Part shown: positions 50,501-62,500 of the stretch, in pieces
Numbering within the stretch: position 1 is the stretch's first letter
Layout of the letters: each line of letters begins with the position of its first letter
Source: Chrysomallon squamiferum
Lineage: Eukaryota > Animalia > Mollusca
DNA length: 64,000 nucleotides
Direction: 5' to 3'
NCBI GenBank assembly: GCA_012295275.1
Contig: CM022677.1
Location: 18,848,001 to 18,912,000, forward strand
Made by a program: the position numbers and the translations under genes
Notes under the pieces: generated by a model
What the model was told of the DNA's origin: nothing
The model's input: only the letters and a program-made list of their open reading frames with translations
The model's database searches: none

Positions 50501-53500
50501 TTGTGTTTCTGATACAACTGTTTCTTCTTCTTGTGTTTCTGATACAGCTGTTTCTTCTCGTGTTTCAGATACAGCTGTTTCTTTTTCTTGTGTTTCTGAT
50601 ACAACTGTTTCTTCTTCTTGTGTTTCTGATACAACTGTTTCTTCTTCATGTGTTTCTGATATAGCTGTTTCTTCTTCTGTTCCCGATGCAGCTGTTTCTT
50701 CATGTGTTTCAGACATATCTGTTTCTTCTTCTTGTGTTTTTGATACATCTGTTTCTTCTTCTTTCGTTTCTGATACAACTGTTTCTTCTTGTGTTTCTGA
50801 TATAGCTGTTTCTTCTTCTTCTGTTCCTGATGCAGTTGTTTCTTCTTGTGTTTCAGACATATCTGTTTCTTCTTTTAATTCAGGTACAATTGTTTTTCCT
50901 TCTTTTGTTTCTGTTACAACTGTATCTTCTTGTGTTTCTGATACAAATGTTTCTTCTTGTGTTTCTGATACAACTGTTTCTTCTTCTTCTGTTTCAGATA
51001 CAACTGTTTCTTCTTCTTGTGTTTCTGATACAACTGTTTCTTCTTGTGTTTCTGATACAACTGTTTCTTCTTGTGTTTCAGATTCAACTGTTTCTTCTTC
51101 TTGTGTTTCAGATACAACTGTTTCTTCTTGTGTTTCTGATACAGCTGTTTCTTTTTCTTGTGTTTCTGATACAACTGTTTCTTCTTCTTGTGTTTCTGAT
51201 ACAGCTGTTTCTTCTCGTGTTTCAGATACAGCTGTTTGTTCTTCTTGAGTTTCTGATACAGCTGTTTCTTCTCGTGTTTCTGATACAACTGTTTCTTCTT
51301 GTGTTTCAGATTCAACTGTTTCTTCTTCTTGTGTTTCAGATACAACTGTTTCTTCTTGTGTTTCTGATACAGCTGTTTCTTCTTCTTGTGTTTCTGATAC
51401 AGCTGTTTCTTCTCGTGTTTCAGATACAGCTGTTTGTTCTTCTTGAGTTTCTGATACAGCTGTTTCTTCTCGTGTTTCTGATACAACTGTTTCTTCTTCT
51501 TGTGTTTCTGATACAACTGTTTCTTCTTGTGTTTCTGATACAGCTGTTTCTTCTTGTGTTTCAGATTCAACTGTTTCTTCCTCTTGTGTTTCAGATACAA
51601 CTGTTTCTTGTTCTTGTGTTTCTGATACAACTGTTTCTTCTTCTTGAGTTTCTGATACAACTGTTTCTTCTTGTGTTTCTGATACAACTGTTTCTTCTTG
51701 TGTTTCTGATACAACTGTTTCTTCTTGTGTTTCTGATTCAACTGTTTCTTCTTCTTGTGTTTCTGATACAGCTGTTTCTTCTTGTGTTTCTGATCCAGCT
51801 GTTTCTATTTCTTGTGTTTCTGATAGAACTTTTTCTATTTCTTGTGTTTCTGATACAGCTGGTTCTTCTTGTGTTTCTGATTCAACTGTTTCTTCTTCTT
51901 GTGTTTCTGATACAACTGTTTCTTCTTCTTGTGTTTCTGATACAACTGTTTCTTCTTGTGTTTCAGATACAGCTGTTTCTTCTTTTGCTTCAGATACAGC
52001 TGTTTCTTCTTGTCTTTCTTCTTGTATTTCTGACACAACTGTTTCTTCTTCTTGTGTTTCAGATACAGCTGTTTCTTCTTGTGTTTCAGATACAGCTGTT
52101 TTTTCTTCTTGTGTTTCCGATACAGCTGTTTCTTCTTGTTGTTTTTCTGATACAGCTGTTTCTTCTTGTTTTTCTGATACAGCTGTTTCTTCTTGTGCTT
52201 CTGATACAGCTCTTTCTTCTTGTGTTTCAGATGGAGCTGTTTCTTCCTCTTGAGTTTCGGATTCAACTGTTTCATCTTGTGTTTCATATACAACTGTTTC
52301 TTTTTGTGATTCTGATACAAATATTTCATCTTGTTTTTCTGATACAGCTGTTTCTTCTTGTGTTTCTGATACCACTGTTTCTTCTTGTGTTTCTGATACA
52401 ATTCTTTCTTCTTGTGCTTCTGATACAGCTGTTTGTTCTTCTTGTCTTTCTGATACAATTGTTTCTTCTTGTTTTTCTGATACAGCTGTTTCTTCTTGTG
52501 TTTCTGATACAGCTGCTTCTTCTTGTATTTCTGATACAAATTTTTCTTCTTCTTCTGTTTCTGATACAACTGTTTCTTCTTCTTGTCTTTCTGATACAGC
52601 TGTTTCTTCTTCTTGTGTTTCAGATACATCTGTTTCTTTTTGTGTTTCTGATAGAACTGTTTCTTCTTGTGTTTCTGATACAGCTGTTTCTTCTTCTTGT
52701 GTTTCTGATAGAACTGTTTTTTCTTCTTGTGTTTCTGATAGAACTGTTTCTTCTTCTTGTGTTTCAAACACAACTGTTTCTTCTCGTGTTTCTGATACAA
52801 CCGATTCTTCCTCTGTGTCTGATATTTCTTCATGCAAAGTACGATCGACTTCCAGCTCTTCTCTGACGAGTTCATCTGGTCCAGTTTCGTCATCAGTCGC
52901 CTCTTCTCCAGTTGTTTCGGGCAAAGAGTCTTCAATGTAGGTTTCGAACGTGTCGTCCTTGGACTCGACAGATGAAGTTAACACATCCGGACTTTTCGCA
53001 GACGTCTCCCTTTGCATTGAGAAAAGGTTCAGTGTTGCGTCACCGGCAAAGTCATACAGTGACGTATCCAGTGAATCGCGTTCTGGTGATACACTTAATT
53101 CTTTTCCGTCAACTTCATGGGTCGCAGATTCAACGCTTTCTTCTGGGTATACTTCTTGTTTGTCCTCCTGTATGTCCTTTGGTTGCTCCGTTGCGTCCAC
53201 ATATTCTTCAGTTAATTCTGCTGCTTCTTTGGTTACTTCCCTTGATTCGTCAATGGCTTCTCTGGTTTGGTCAGTTATTTCCCTTGTTTCTTCACTGACT
53301 GCCACTGGTTCTTCAGTTACTAGTTCACTCTCTTCGGTCAGATGGCTTAATTCTTCAGTTACTTCCCTTGTTTCGTCAGTTACTTCCCTTTGTTCTACTC
53401 GCCCTGTTTCGGTTATTTCAGCTATTTCTTCAGTTGTTTCTCTGTGTTCTTCAAGTCTGTCAGTGAATTGAGTCTTGTCAGTGAATTCAGTCTTGTCAGT

Positions 53501-56500
53501 GAATTCAGTCTTATCAGTGAACTCAGTCGCATCTTCCTTCTTATCTGTCAACGTGTAGTCTTCACTCTCTTCAAAATCGGACTCGGGACATTCCGAGATG
53601 GGCTCGAACTCTGACCTGACCGACGGCGGCACGTTCATCTGCTTGCCGATAATAATGTGCAGTTCTTGATCCAGAGGAACTTCGATCTCGGCCTTTGACG
53701 TGAAACGTTCTTCTCCAGCCCCAGCAACAAATGACTCATCATCGGCCTTGTCGTACACGACTTCCTCGAAATCAACCGTTTCGTAGTACTCCTCACTGGC
53801 AAGCGTCTCGGCCCAGAGTTTAGCTTCCATTTCCGAAGGAGATTTGACGAGGATGTTCGACAGGAAGAAACCGTCGTCGAACGCGTGTTTTCCTCCGTCT
53901 AGGTCCAGATTTGGTGGTCTGGGTTTCTCCTGTAGTTTAGTTTTAGTTCCAGGTGTTCGATCTTCTGCTTCTTCTTTAACAGTGTCTGGGGAAACCTCGT
54001 CTGAGGCTCGTAAAGGTTTTTCTATGATCTGAGCCTCGTCAATCTCTTCAAATAGTTCTGTTTGATCCAAGACTGGTTCGACGTCTTTATAGTCAGAGTC
54101 ACTTTCTTCAGCTTGTTGTAAGACTGGAAATTCACTTTCAGTTGTTGGTAGTTGAGATTTAGTCACTGGAAGTCCGGACTCAGATACTGGAACTTCACTT
54201 TCAGTTACTGGAATTTCATTTTCAGTTGTAGAAAAACCACTTTCAGTTGTTTTAAGTTCCAATTCAGCTACTGAAATCTCAGTTTCAGTTACTGAAAGTT
54301 CAGAGTCAGTTACTGGAAGTTCAGAGTCAGTTACTGAAAGTTCAGTTTCAGACACTGGAAGTTCAGTTTGTTCTAAGACTGGTTCTTCTTCTTTAAGTTC
54401 TGTGTCACTTTCTTCAACTTGTTCTAAGACTGGTTCCTCTTCTTTAACTTCAGTGTCACTTTCTTCAACTTGTTCTAAGACTGGTTCTTCTTCTTTAAGT
54501 TCTGTGTCACTTTCTTCAACTTGTTCTAGGATTGGTTCTGTTTCTTTAACTTGTTCTAAGATTGGTTCTGTTTGTTTAAGTTCAATCTTACTTTCTTCAA
54601 CTTGTTCTAAGACTGGTTCCTCTTCTTTAAGTTCTGTGTCACTTTCTTCAACTTGTTCTAGGATTGGTTCTGTTTCTTTAAGTTCTGTGTCACTTTCTTC
54701 AACTTGTTCTAGGATTGGTTCTGTTTCTTTAAGTTCTGTGTCACTTTCTTCAACTTGTTCTAGGATTGGTTCTGTTTCTTTAAGTTCTGTGTCACTTTCT
54801 TCAACTTGTTCTAGGATTGGTTCTGTTTCTTTAAGTTCTGTGTCACTTTCTTCAACTTGTTCTAGGATTGGTTCTGTTTCTTTAAGTTCTGTGTCACTTT
54901 CTTCAACTTGTTCTAGGATTGGTTCTGTTTCTTTAAGTTCTGTGTCACTTTCTTTAACTTGTTCTAGGATTGGTTCTGTTTCTTTAAGTTCTGTGTCACT
55001 TTCTTCAACTTGTTCTAAAACTGGTTCTGTTTCTTTAAGTTCTGTGTCACTTTCTTCAACTTGTTCTAAGATTGGTTCTGTTTCTTTAAGTTCTGTGTCA
55101 CTTTCTTCAACTTCTTCTAAGATTGGTCCTTCTTCTTTAAGTTCTGTGTCACTTTCTTCAACTTGTTCTGTTTCTTTATATTCTGTATCACTTTCTTCAA
55201 CTTGTTCTGTTTCTTTATATTCTGTGTCACTTTCTTGAACTTGTTCTAAGACTGGTTCTGTTTCTTTAAGTTCTGTGTCACTTTCGTGAACTTGTTGTAA
55301 AACTTGTTCTGTTTCTTTAAGTTCTCTGTCACTTTCTTCAACTTGTTCTAAGACTGGTTCTTCTTCTTTAAGTTCTGTGTCACCTTCTTCAACTTGTTTT
55401 AAGACTGGTTCTTCTTCTTTATATTCTGTGTCACTTTCTTCAACTTGTTCTAAGACTGGTTCTGTTTCTTTAAGTTCTGTGTCACTTTCTTCAACTTGTT
55501 CTTCTTCTTTAAGTTCTGTGTCACTTCCTTCAACTTGTTGTAAGACTGGTTCTTCTTCTTTAAGTTCAATGTCACTTTCTTCAACTTCTTGTTCTTTAAG
55601 TTCTGTGTCACTTTCTTCAACTTGTTCTAAGACTGGTTCTGCTTCTTTAAGTTCTGTGTCACTTTCTTCAACTTGTTCTAAGACTGTTTCTTCTTCTTTA
55701 AGTTCTGTGTCACTTTCTTCAACTTGTTCTAAGACTGGTTCTTCTTCTTTAACTTCTGTGTCACTTTCTTCAATTTGTTCTAAAACTGGTTCTTCTTCTT
55801 TAAGTTCTCTGTCACTTTCTTCAACTTGTTCTGTTTCTTTAAGTTCTGTGTCACTTTCTTCAACTTGTTCTAAGACTGGTTCTGTTTCTTTAAGTTCTGT
55901 GTAACTTTCTTCAACTGGTTCTGTTTCTTTAAGCTCTGTGTCACTTTCTTCAACTTGTTTTGAGACAATTTCATCATGTTGTACCTCGTCATATTCTTCA
56001 GAGACGTCACCTACAGACTGTGATGACGTATCCACAGGAGCAGTGTACCTTGAATGTGTCTTATCCCAGTGATATTCTACAAAACCTGTATCCACATCAG
56101 TCTCCATTATCATCGACTCCTGATTCACTTCACCTTCAGTTTTGAAAATGTAGTCATCTCCTCCTCCCAGTTTCTGAGCATCTTCTAGATATTCATCGTC
56201 AGTTACTGGGAGTTCAGTTTCAGAAACTGGAAGTTCAGATTCAGTTGTTGGAAGTTCAATTTCTGTTACTGGCAATTCAGACTGAGATACTGGAAGTTCA
56301 TATTCAGTTACTGGAAGTTCAGATTCAGTTACTGGAAGTTCAGTTTCAGTTACTAGAAGTTCAGATTCAGTTACTGGAAGTTCAGTTTCACTTACTGAAA
56401 GTTCAGTTTCGGTTACCGGATGTTCAGTTTCAATTACCGGAAGTTCAGTTTCAGTTATTGGAAGTTCAGTTTCAGTTACAGGAAGTTCAGTTTCAGTTAC

Positions 56501-59500
56501 TGGAAGTTCAGTTTCGGTTACCGGAAGTTCGGTTTCAGTTACTGCAGGTTCAGTTTCAGTTACTGGAAGCACTGTTTCAGTTACTGGAAGTTCAGTTTCG
56601 GTTACTGGAAGTTCCGTTTCAGCTACTGGAAGTTCAGTTTCAGATACTGGAACTTCAGATTCAGTTACTTGAAGTTCGGTTTCAGTTACAAGAAGTTCGG
56701 TTTCAGTTACTGGAAGTTCAGTTTCAGTTTCTAGAAGTACAGTTTCAGCTACTGGAAGTTCAGTTTCAGTTACTGGAAGTTCAGTTACAGTTACTGGAAG
56801 TTCAGATTCAGTTACCGGAATTTCAGATTCAGTTACTAGAATTTCAGTTTCAGTTTCTGGAAGCTCAGATTCAGTTACTGGAAGTTCAGATTCAGTCGCT
56901 GGAAGTTCAATTTCTGTTACTGGAAGTTCAGTTTCAGTTACTGAAAGTTCATATTCAGTTACTGGAAGTTCAGATTCAGTTACTGGAAGTTCAGATTCAG
57001 TTACTGGAAGTTCGGTTTCAGTTACTGGAAGTTCAGTTTCAGTTACTGCAGGTTCAGTTTCAGTTACTGGAAGCACGGTTTCAGTTACTGGAAGTTCAGT
57101 TTCGGTTACTGGAAGTTCCGTTTCAGCTACTGGAACTTCAGATTCAGTTACTTCAAGTTCGGTTTCAGTTACAAGAAGTTCGGTTTCAGTTACTGGAAGT
57201 TCAGTTTCAGTTTCTAGAAGTACAGTTTCAGCTACTGGAAGTTCAGTTTCAGTTGCTGGAAGTTCAGTTACAGTTACTCGAATTTCAGATTCAGTTCCTG
57301 GAAGTTCAGTTTCAGTTACTGGAATTTCAGATTCAGTTTCTGGAAGTTCAGATTCAGTTACTGGAAGTTCAGTTTCAGCTACTGGAAGTTCAGCTTCAGA
57401 TAGTGGAACTTCAGTTTCAGATACACGACGTTCAGATTCAGTTACAGGTAAATCAGCTTTAGTAACTGGAATGCCAACTTCAGTTTTTGATATTCCGAAC
57501 ACGTCAGGTTCTGAAATAATTTCTTCTTTTTCTGACGACGCGACGATGTCACGACGTAAGTCATATTCTGTAATAGCCTCTGCAACATCCACTTCAGTTA
57601 CTGAAGTATCTTCCTCTATCTGACTGTCAAACGTTTCCTTTTCACTTTCAGAAATGTCTGATTCTGTGGCAACTTCCCTTTCTTCTTCAATTACTTCTAC
57701 TGGTTCTGTAGTAACTTCTCTTTCTTCTTCAGTTATTTCTACTGGTTCTGTAGTAACTTCTCTTTCTTCTTCAGTTATTTCTCTCGTTCTGTAGTTTCTT
57801 CTCTTTCTTCTTCAGTTATTTCTCTCGTTCTGCAGTAACTTCTCTTTCTTCTTCAGTTATTTCTACTCGTTCTGCAGTAACTTCTCTTTCTTCTTCAGTT
57901 ATTTCTACTTGTTCTGCAGTAACTTCTCTTTCTTCTTCAGTTATTTCTACTTGTTCTGCAGTAACTTCTCTTTCTTCTTCAGTTATTTCTACTCGTTCTG
58001 TAGTAACTTCTCTTTCTTCTTCAGTTATTTCTACTGGTTCTGTACTAACTTCTCTTTCTTCTTCAGTTATTTCTACTGGTTCTGTAGTAACTTCTCTTTC
58101 TTCTTCAGTTATTTCTACTCGTTCTGTGGTAACTTTTCTTTCTTCTTCAGTTATTTCAACTGGTTCTGTAGTAACTTCTCTTTCTTCTTCAGTTATTTCT
58201 ACTGGTTCTGTAGTAACTTCTCTTTCTTCTTCAGTTATTTCTACTTGTTCTGTAGTAACTTCTCTTTCTTCTTCAGTTATTTCTACTGGTTCTGTAGTAA
58301 CTTCTCTTTCTTCTTCAGTTATTTCTACTGGTTCTGTAGTAACTTCTCTTTCTTCTTCAGTTATTTCTACTGGTTCTGTAGTAACTTCTGTTTCTTCTTC
58401 AGTTATTTCTACTGGTTCTGTAGTAACTTCTCTTTCTTCTTCAAATATTTCTACTGGTTCTGTAGTAACTTTCCTTTCTTCTTCAGTTATTTCTACTTGT
58501 TCTGTAGTGACTTCCCTGTCTTCTTCAGTTATTTCAAGTTGTTCTGTAGTAACTTCTCTTTCTTCTTCAGGTATCTCTACTGGTTCTGTAGTAACTTCTC
58601 TTTCTTCTTCTGTTATTTCTACTTGTTCTGTAGTAACTTCTCTTTCTTCTTCAGTTATTTCTACTGGTTCTGTAGTAACTTCTCTTTCTTCTTTAGTTAT
58701 TTCTACTTGTTCTCTAGTAACTTCCCTTTCTTCTTCTGTTATTTCTGTTGGTTCTGTAGTTACTTCTCTTTCATCTTCAGTTATTTCTACTGGTTCTGTA
58801 GTAACTTCTCTTTCTTCTTCAAATATTTCTACTGGTTCTGTAGTAACTTTCCTTTCTTCTTCAGTTATTTCTACTTGTTCTGTAGTGACTTCCCTGTCTT
58901 CTTCAGTTATTTCAAGTTGTTCTGTAGTTACTTCCCTTTCTTCTTCAGGTATCTCTACTGGTTCTGTAGTGACTTCTCTTTCTTCTTCAGTTATTTCTAC
59001 TTGTTCTGTAGTAACTTCTCTTTCTTCTTCAGTTATTTCTAGTGGTTCTGTAGTAACTTCTCTTTCTTCTTCAGTTATTTCTACTGGTTCTGTAGTAACT
59101 TCTCTTTCTTCTTCAAATATTTCTACTGGTTCTGTAGTAACTTTCCTTTCTTCTTCAGTTATTTCTACTTGTTCTGTAGTGACTTCCCTGTCTTCTTCAG
59201 TTATTTCAAGTTGTTCTGTAGTTACTTCCCTTTCTCCTTCAGGTATCTCTACTGGTTCTGTAGTGACTTCTCTTTCTTCTTCAGTTATTTCTACTTGTTC
59301 TGTAGTAACTTCTCTTTCTTCTTCAGTTATTTCTACTGGTTCTGTAGTAACTTCTCTTTCTTCTTCAGTTATTTCTACTGGTTCTGTAGTAACTTCCCTT
59401 TCTTCTTCAGTTATTTCTACTGGTTCTGTAGTAACTTCCCTTTCTTCTTCAGTTATTTCAAGTTGTTCTGTAGTAACTTCTCTTTCTTCTTCAGTTATTT

Positions 59501-62500
59501 CTACTGGTTCTGTAGTAACTTCTCTTTCTTCTTCAGTTATTTCTACTGGTTCTGTAGTAACTTCTCTTTCTTCTTCAGTTATTTCTACTGGTTCTGTAGT
59601 AACTTCTCTTTCTTCTTCAGTTATTTCTACTGGTTCTGTAGTAACTTCCCTTTCTTCTTCAGTTACTTCTACTGGTTGTGTAGTAACTTCTCTTTCAGAT
59701 TCAGATATTGCAGGTTCAGTTTCAGTTACTGGAATTTCAGTCTCAGTTACTGCAATTTCAGATTCCCTTACTTCAGGTTCAGTTTCAGCTACTGGAATTT
59801 TATATCCAGTTATAGGAAGTTCACTTTCAATCAATGGGATTTCACTTTCTGATACTGGGAGTTCAGTTTCAGATACTGGAAGTTCACTTTCAGATACAGG
59901 GATTTCACTTTCTGACACTGGGAGTTCAGTTTCAGATACTGGCGGTTCACTTTCTGATACTGGAAGTTTACTTTCAGATACAGGGATTTCACTTTCTGAT
60001 ACTGGGAGTTCAGTTTCAGATACTGGGAGTTCACTTTCTGATACTGGGAGTTCACTTTCAGATACAGGGAGTTCACTTTCTGATACTGGGAGTTCACTTT
60101 CTGATAATGCGAGTTGACTTTCTGATACTGGGAGTTCACTTTCTAATACTGGGAGTTCACTTTCAGATACAGGGAGTTCACTTTCTAATACTGGGAGTTC
60201 ACTTTCAGATACAGGGAGTTCACTTTCAGATACTGGCAGTTCACTTTCAGATACAGGGAGTTCACTTTCAGATACAGGGAGTTCACTTTCTGATACTGGA
60301 AGTTCACTTTCTGATACTGGGAGTTCACTTTCTGATACTGGGAGTTCAGTTTCAGATACTGGGAGTTCACTTTCTGATACTGGAAGTTCACTTTCAGATA
60401 CAGGGATTTCACTTTCTGATACTGGGAGTTCAGTTTCTGATAATGCGAGTTGACTTTCTGATACTGGGAGTTCACTTTCTAATACTGGGAGTTCACTTTC
60501 AGATACAGGGAGTTCACTTTCTAATACTGGGAGTTCACTTTCAGATACAGGGAGTTCACTTTCAGATACTGGCAGTTCACTTTCAGATACAGGGAGTTCA
60601 CTTTCAGATACAGGGAGTTCACTTTCTGATACTGGAAGTTCACTTTCTGATACTGGAAGTTCACTTTCAGATACAGGGAGTTCACTTTCTGATACTGGGA
60701 GTTCAGTTTCAGATACTGGGAGTTCACTTTCTGATACTGGAAGTTCACTTTCAGATACAGGGATTTCACTTTCTGATACTGGGAGTTCAGTTTCAGATAC
60801 TGGGAGTTCACTTTCTGATACTGGAAGTTCACTTTCAGATACAGGGATTTCACTTTCTGATACTGGGAGTTCAGTTTCAGATACTGGGAGTTCACTTTCT
60901 GCAGGTTTTGTTTCAGCTACAAGAATTTCATATTCAGTTATAGGAATTTCACTTTCTGATCCTGGGAGTTCAGTTTCAGGTACTGGAAGTTCAGTTTCAG
61001 TTATCGGAAGTTCAGTTTCAGCTACTGGAAGTTCAGTTTGAGCTACTGGAAGTTCAGATTCAGCTACTGGAAGTTCAGCTTCAGATAGTGGAACTTCAGT
61101 TTCAGATACACGACGTTCAGATTCAGTTACAGGTAAATCAGCTTTAGTAACTGGAATGCCAACTTCAGTTTTTGATATTCCGAACACGTCAGGTTCTGAA
61201 ATAATTTCCTTTTCTTCTTCAGACGACGCGACGTTCTGACGTAAGTTATTTTTCTTCTTCAGTTATCCACTTCTGGTTCTGTAGTATCTTCCCTTCCTTC
61301 GTTATTATTTGACTTGTTCTGTACAACTTCCTTTCTTCTTCAGTTATTTCTACTGGTTCTGTAGTAACTTCTCTTTCTTCTTCAGTTACTTCTACTGGTT
61401 CTGTAGTAACTTCTCTTTCTTCTTCAGTTATTTCTACTGGTTCTGTAGTAACTTCTCTTTCTTCTTCAGTTATTTCTACTGGTTCTGTAGTAACTTCTCT
61501 TTCTTCTTCAGTTATTTCTACTGGTTCTGTAGTAACTTCTCTTTCTTCTTCAGTTATTTCTACTTGTTCTGTAGTAACTTCTCTTTCTTCTTCAGTTATT
61601 TCTACTGGTTCTGTAGTAACTTCTCTTTCTTCTTCAGTTATTTCTACTGGTTCTGTAGTAACTTCTCTTTCTTCTTCAGTTATTTCTACTGGTTCTGTAG
61701 TAACTTCTCTTTCTTCTTCAGTTATTTCTACTGGTTCTGTAGTATCTTCTCTTTCTTCTTCAGTTATTTCTACTGGTTCTGTAGTAACTTCCTTTTCTTC
61801 TTCAGTTATTTCTACTTGTTCTGTAGTTACTTCTCTTTCTTCTTCAGTTATTTCTTACTGGTTCTTCAGTAACTTCTCTTTCTTCTTCAGTTATTTCTAC
61901 TGGTTCTGTTTCAGTAACTTCTCTTTCTTCTTCAGTTATTTCTACTGGTTCTGTAGTAACTTCCCTTTCTTCTTCAGTTATTTCAGTTTCAGATTCTTGA
62001 AGTTCTCTTTCTTCTTCTGTTATTTCAACTTGTTCTGTAGTTTCTTCTTCTTCAGTTATTTTCTTTTGGTTCTTGTAACTTCTCTTTCTTCTTCAGTTAT
62101 TTCTACTTCACCTCTGTTGAACTTCTCTTCTTCTTCAGTTATTTCTACTGGTTCTGTAGTAACTTCTCTTTCTTCTTCAGTTATTTCTACTTGTTCTGTA
62201 GTAACTTCTCTTTCTTCTTCAGTTATTTCTACTGGTTCTGTAGTAACTTCTCTTTCTTCTTCAGTTATTTCTACTTGTTCTGTAGTAACTTCTCTTTCTT
62301 CTTCAGTTATTTCTACTGGTTCTGTAGTAACTTCTCTTTCTTCTTCAGTTATTTCTACTGGTTCTGTAGTAACTTCCCTTTCTTCTTCAGTTATTTCTAC
62401 TTGTTCTGTAGTAACTTCTCTTTCTTCTTCAGTTATTTCTACTTGTTCTGTAGTAACTTCTCTTTCTTCTTCAGTTATTTCTACTGGTTCAGTTTCAGTT

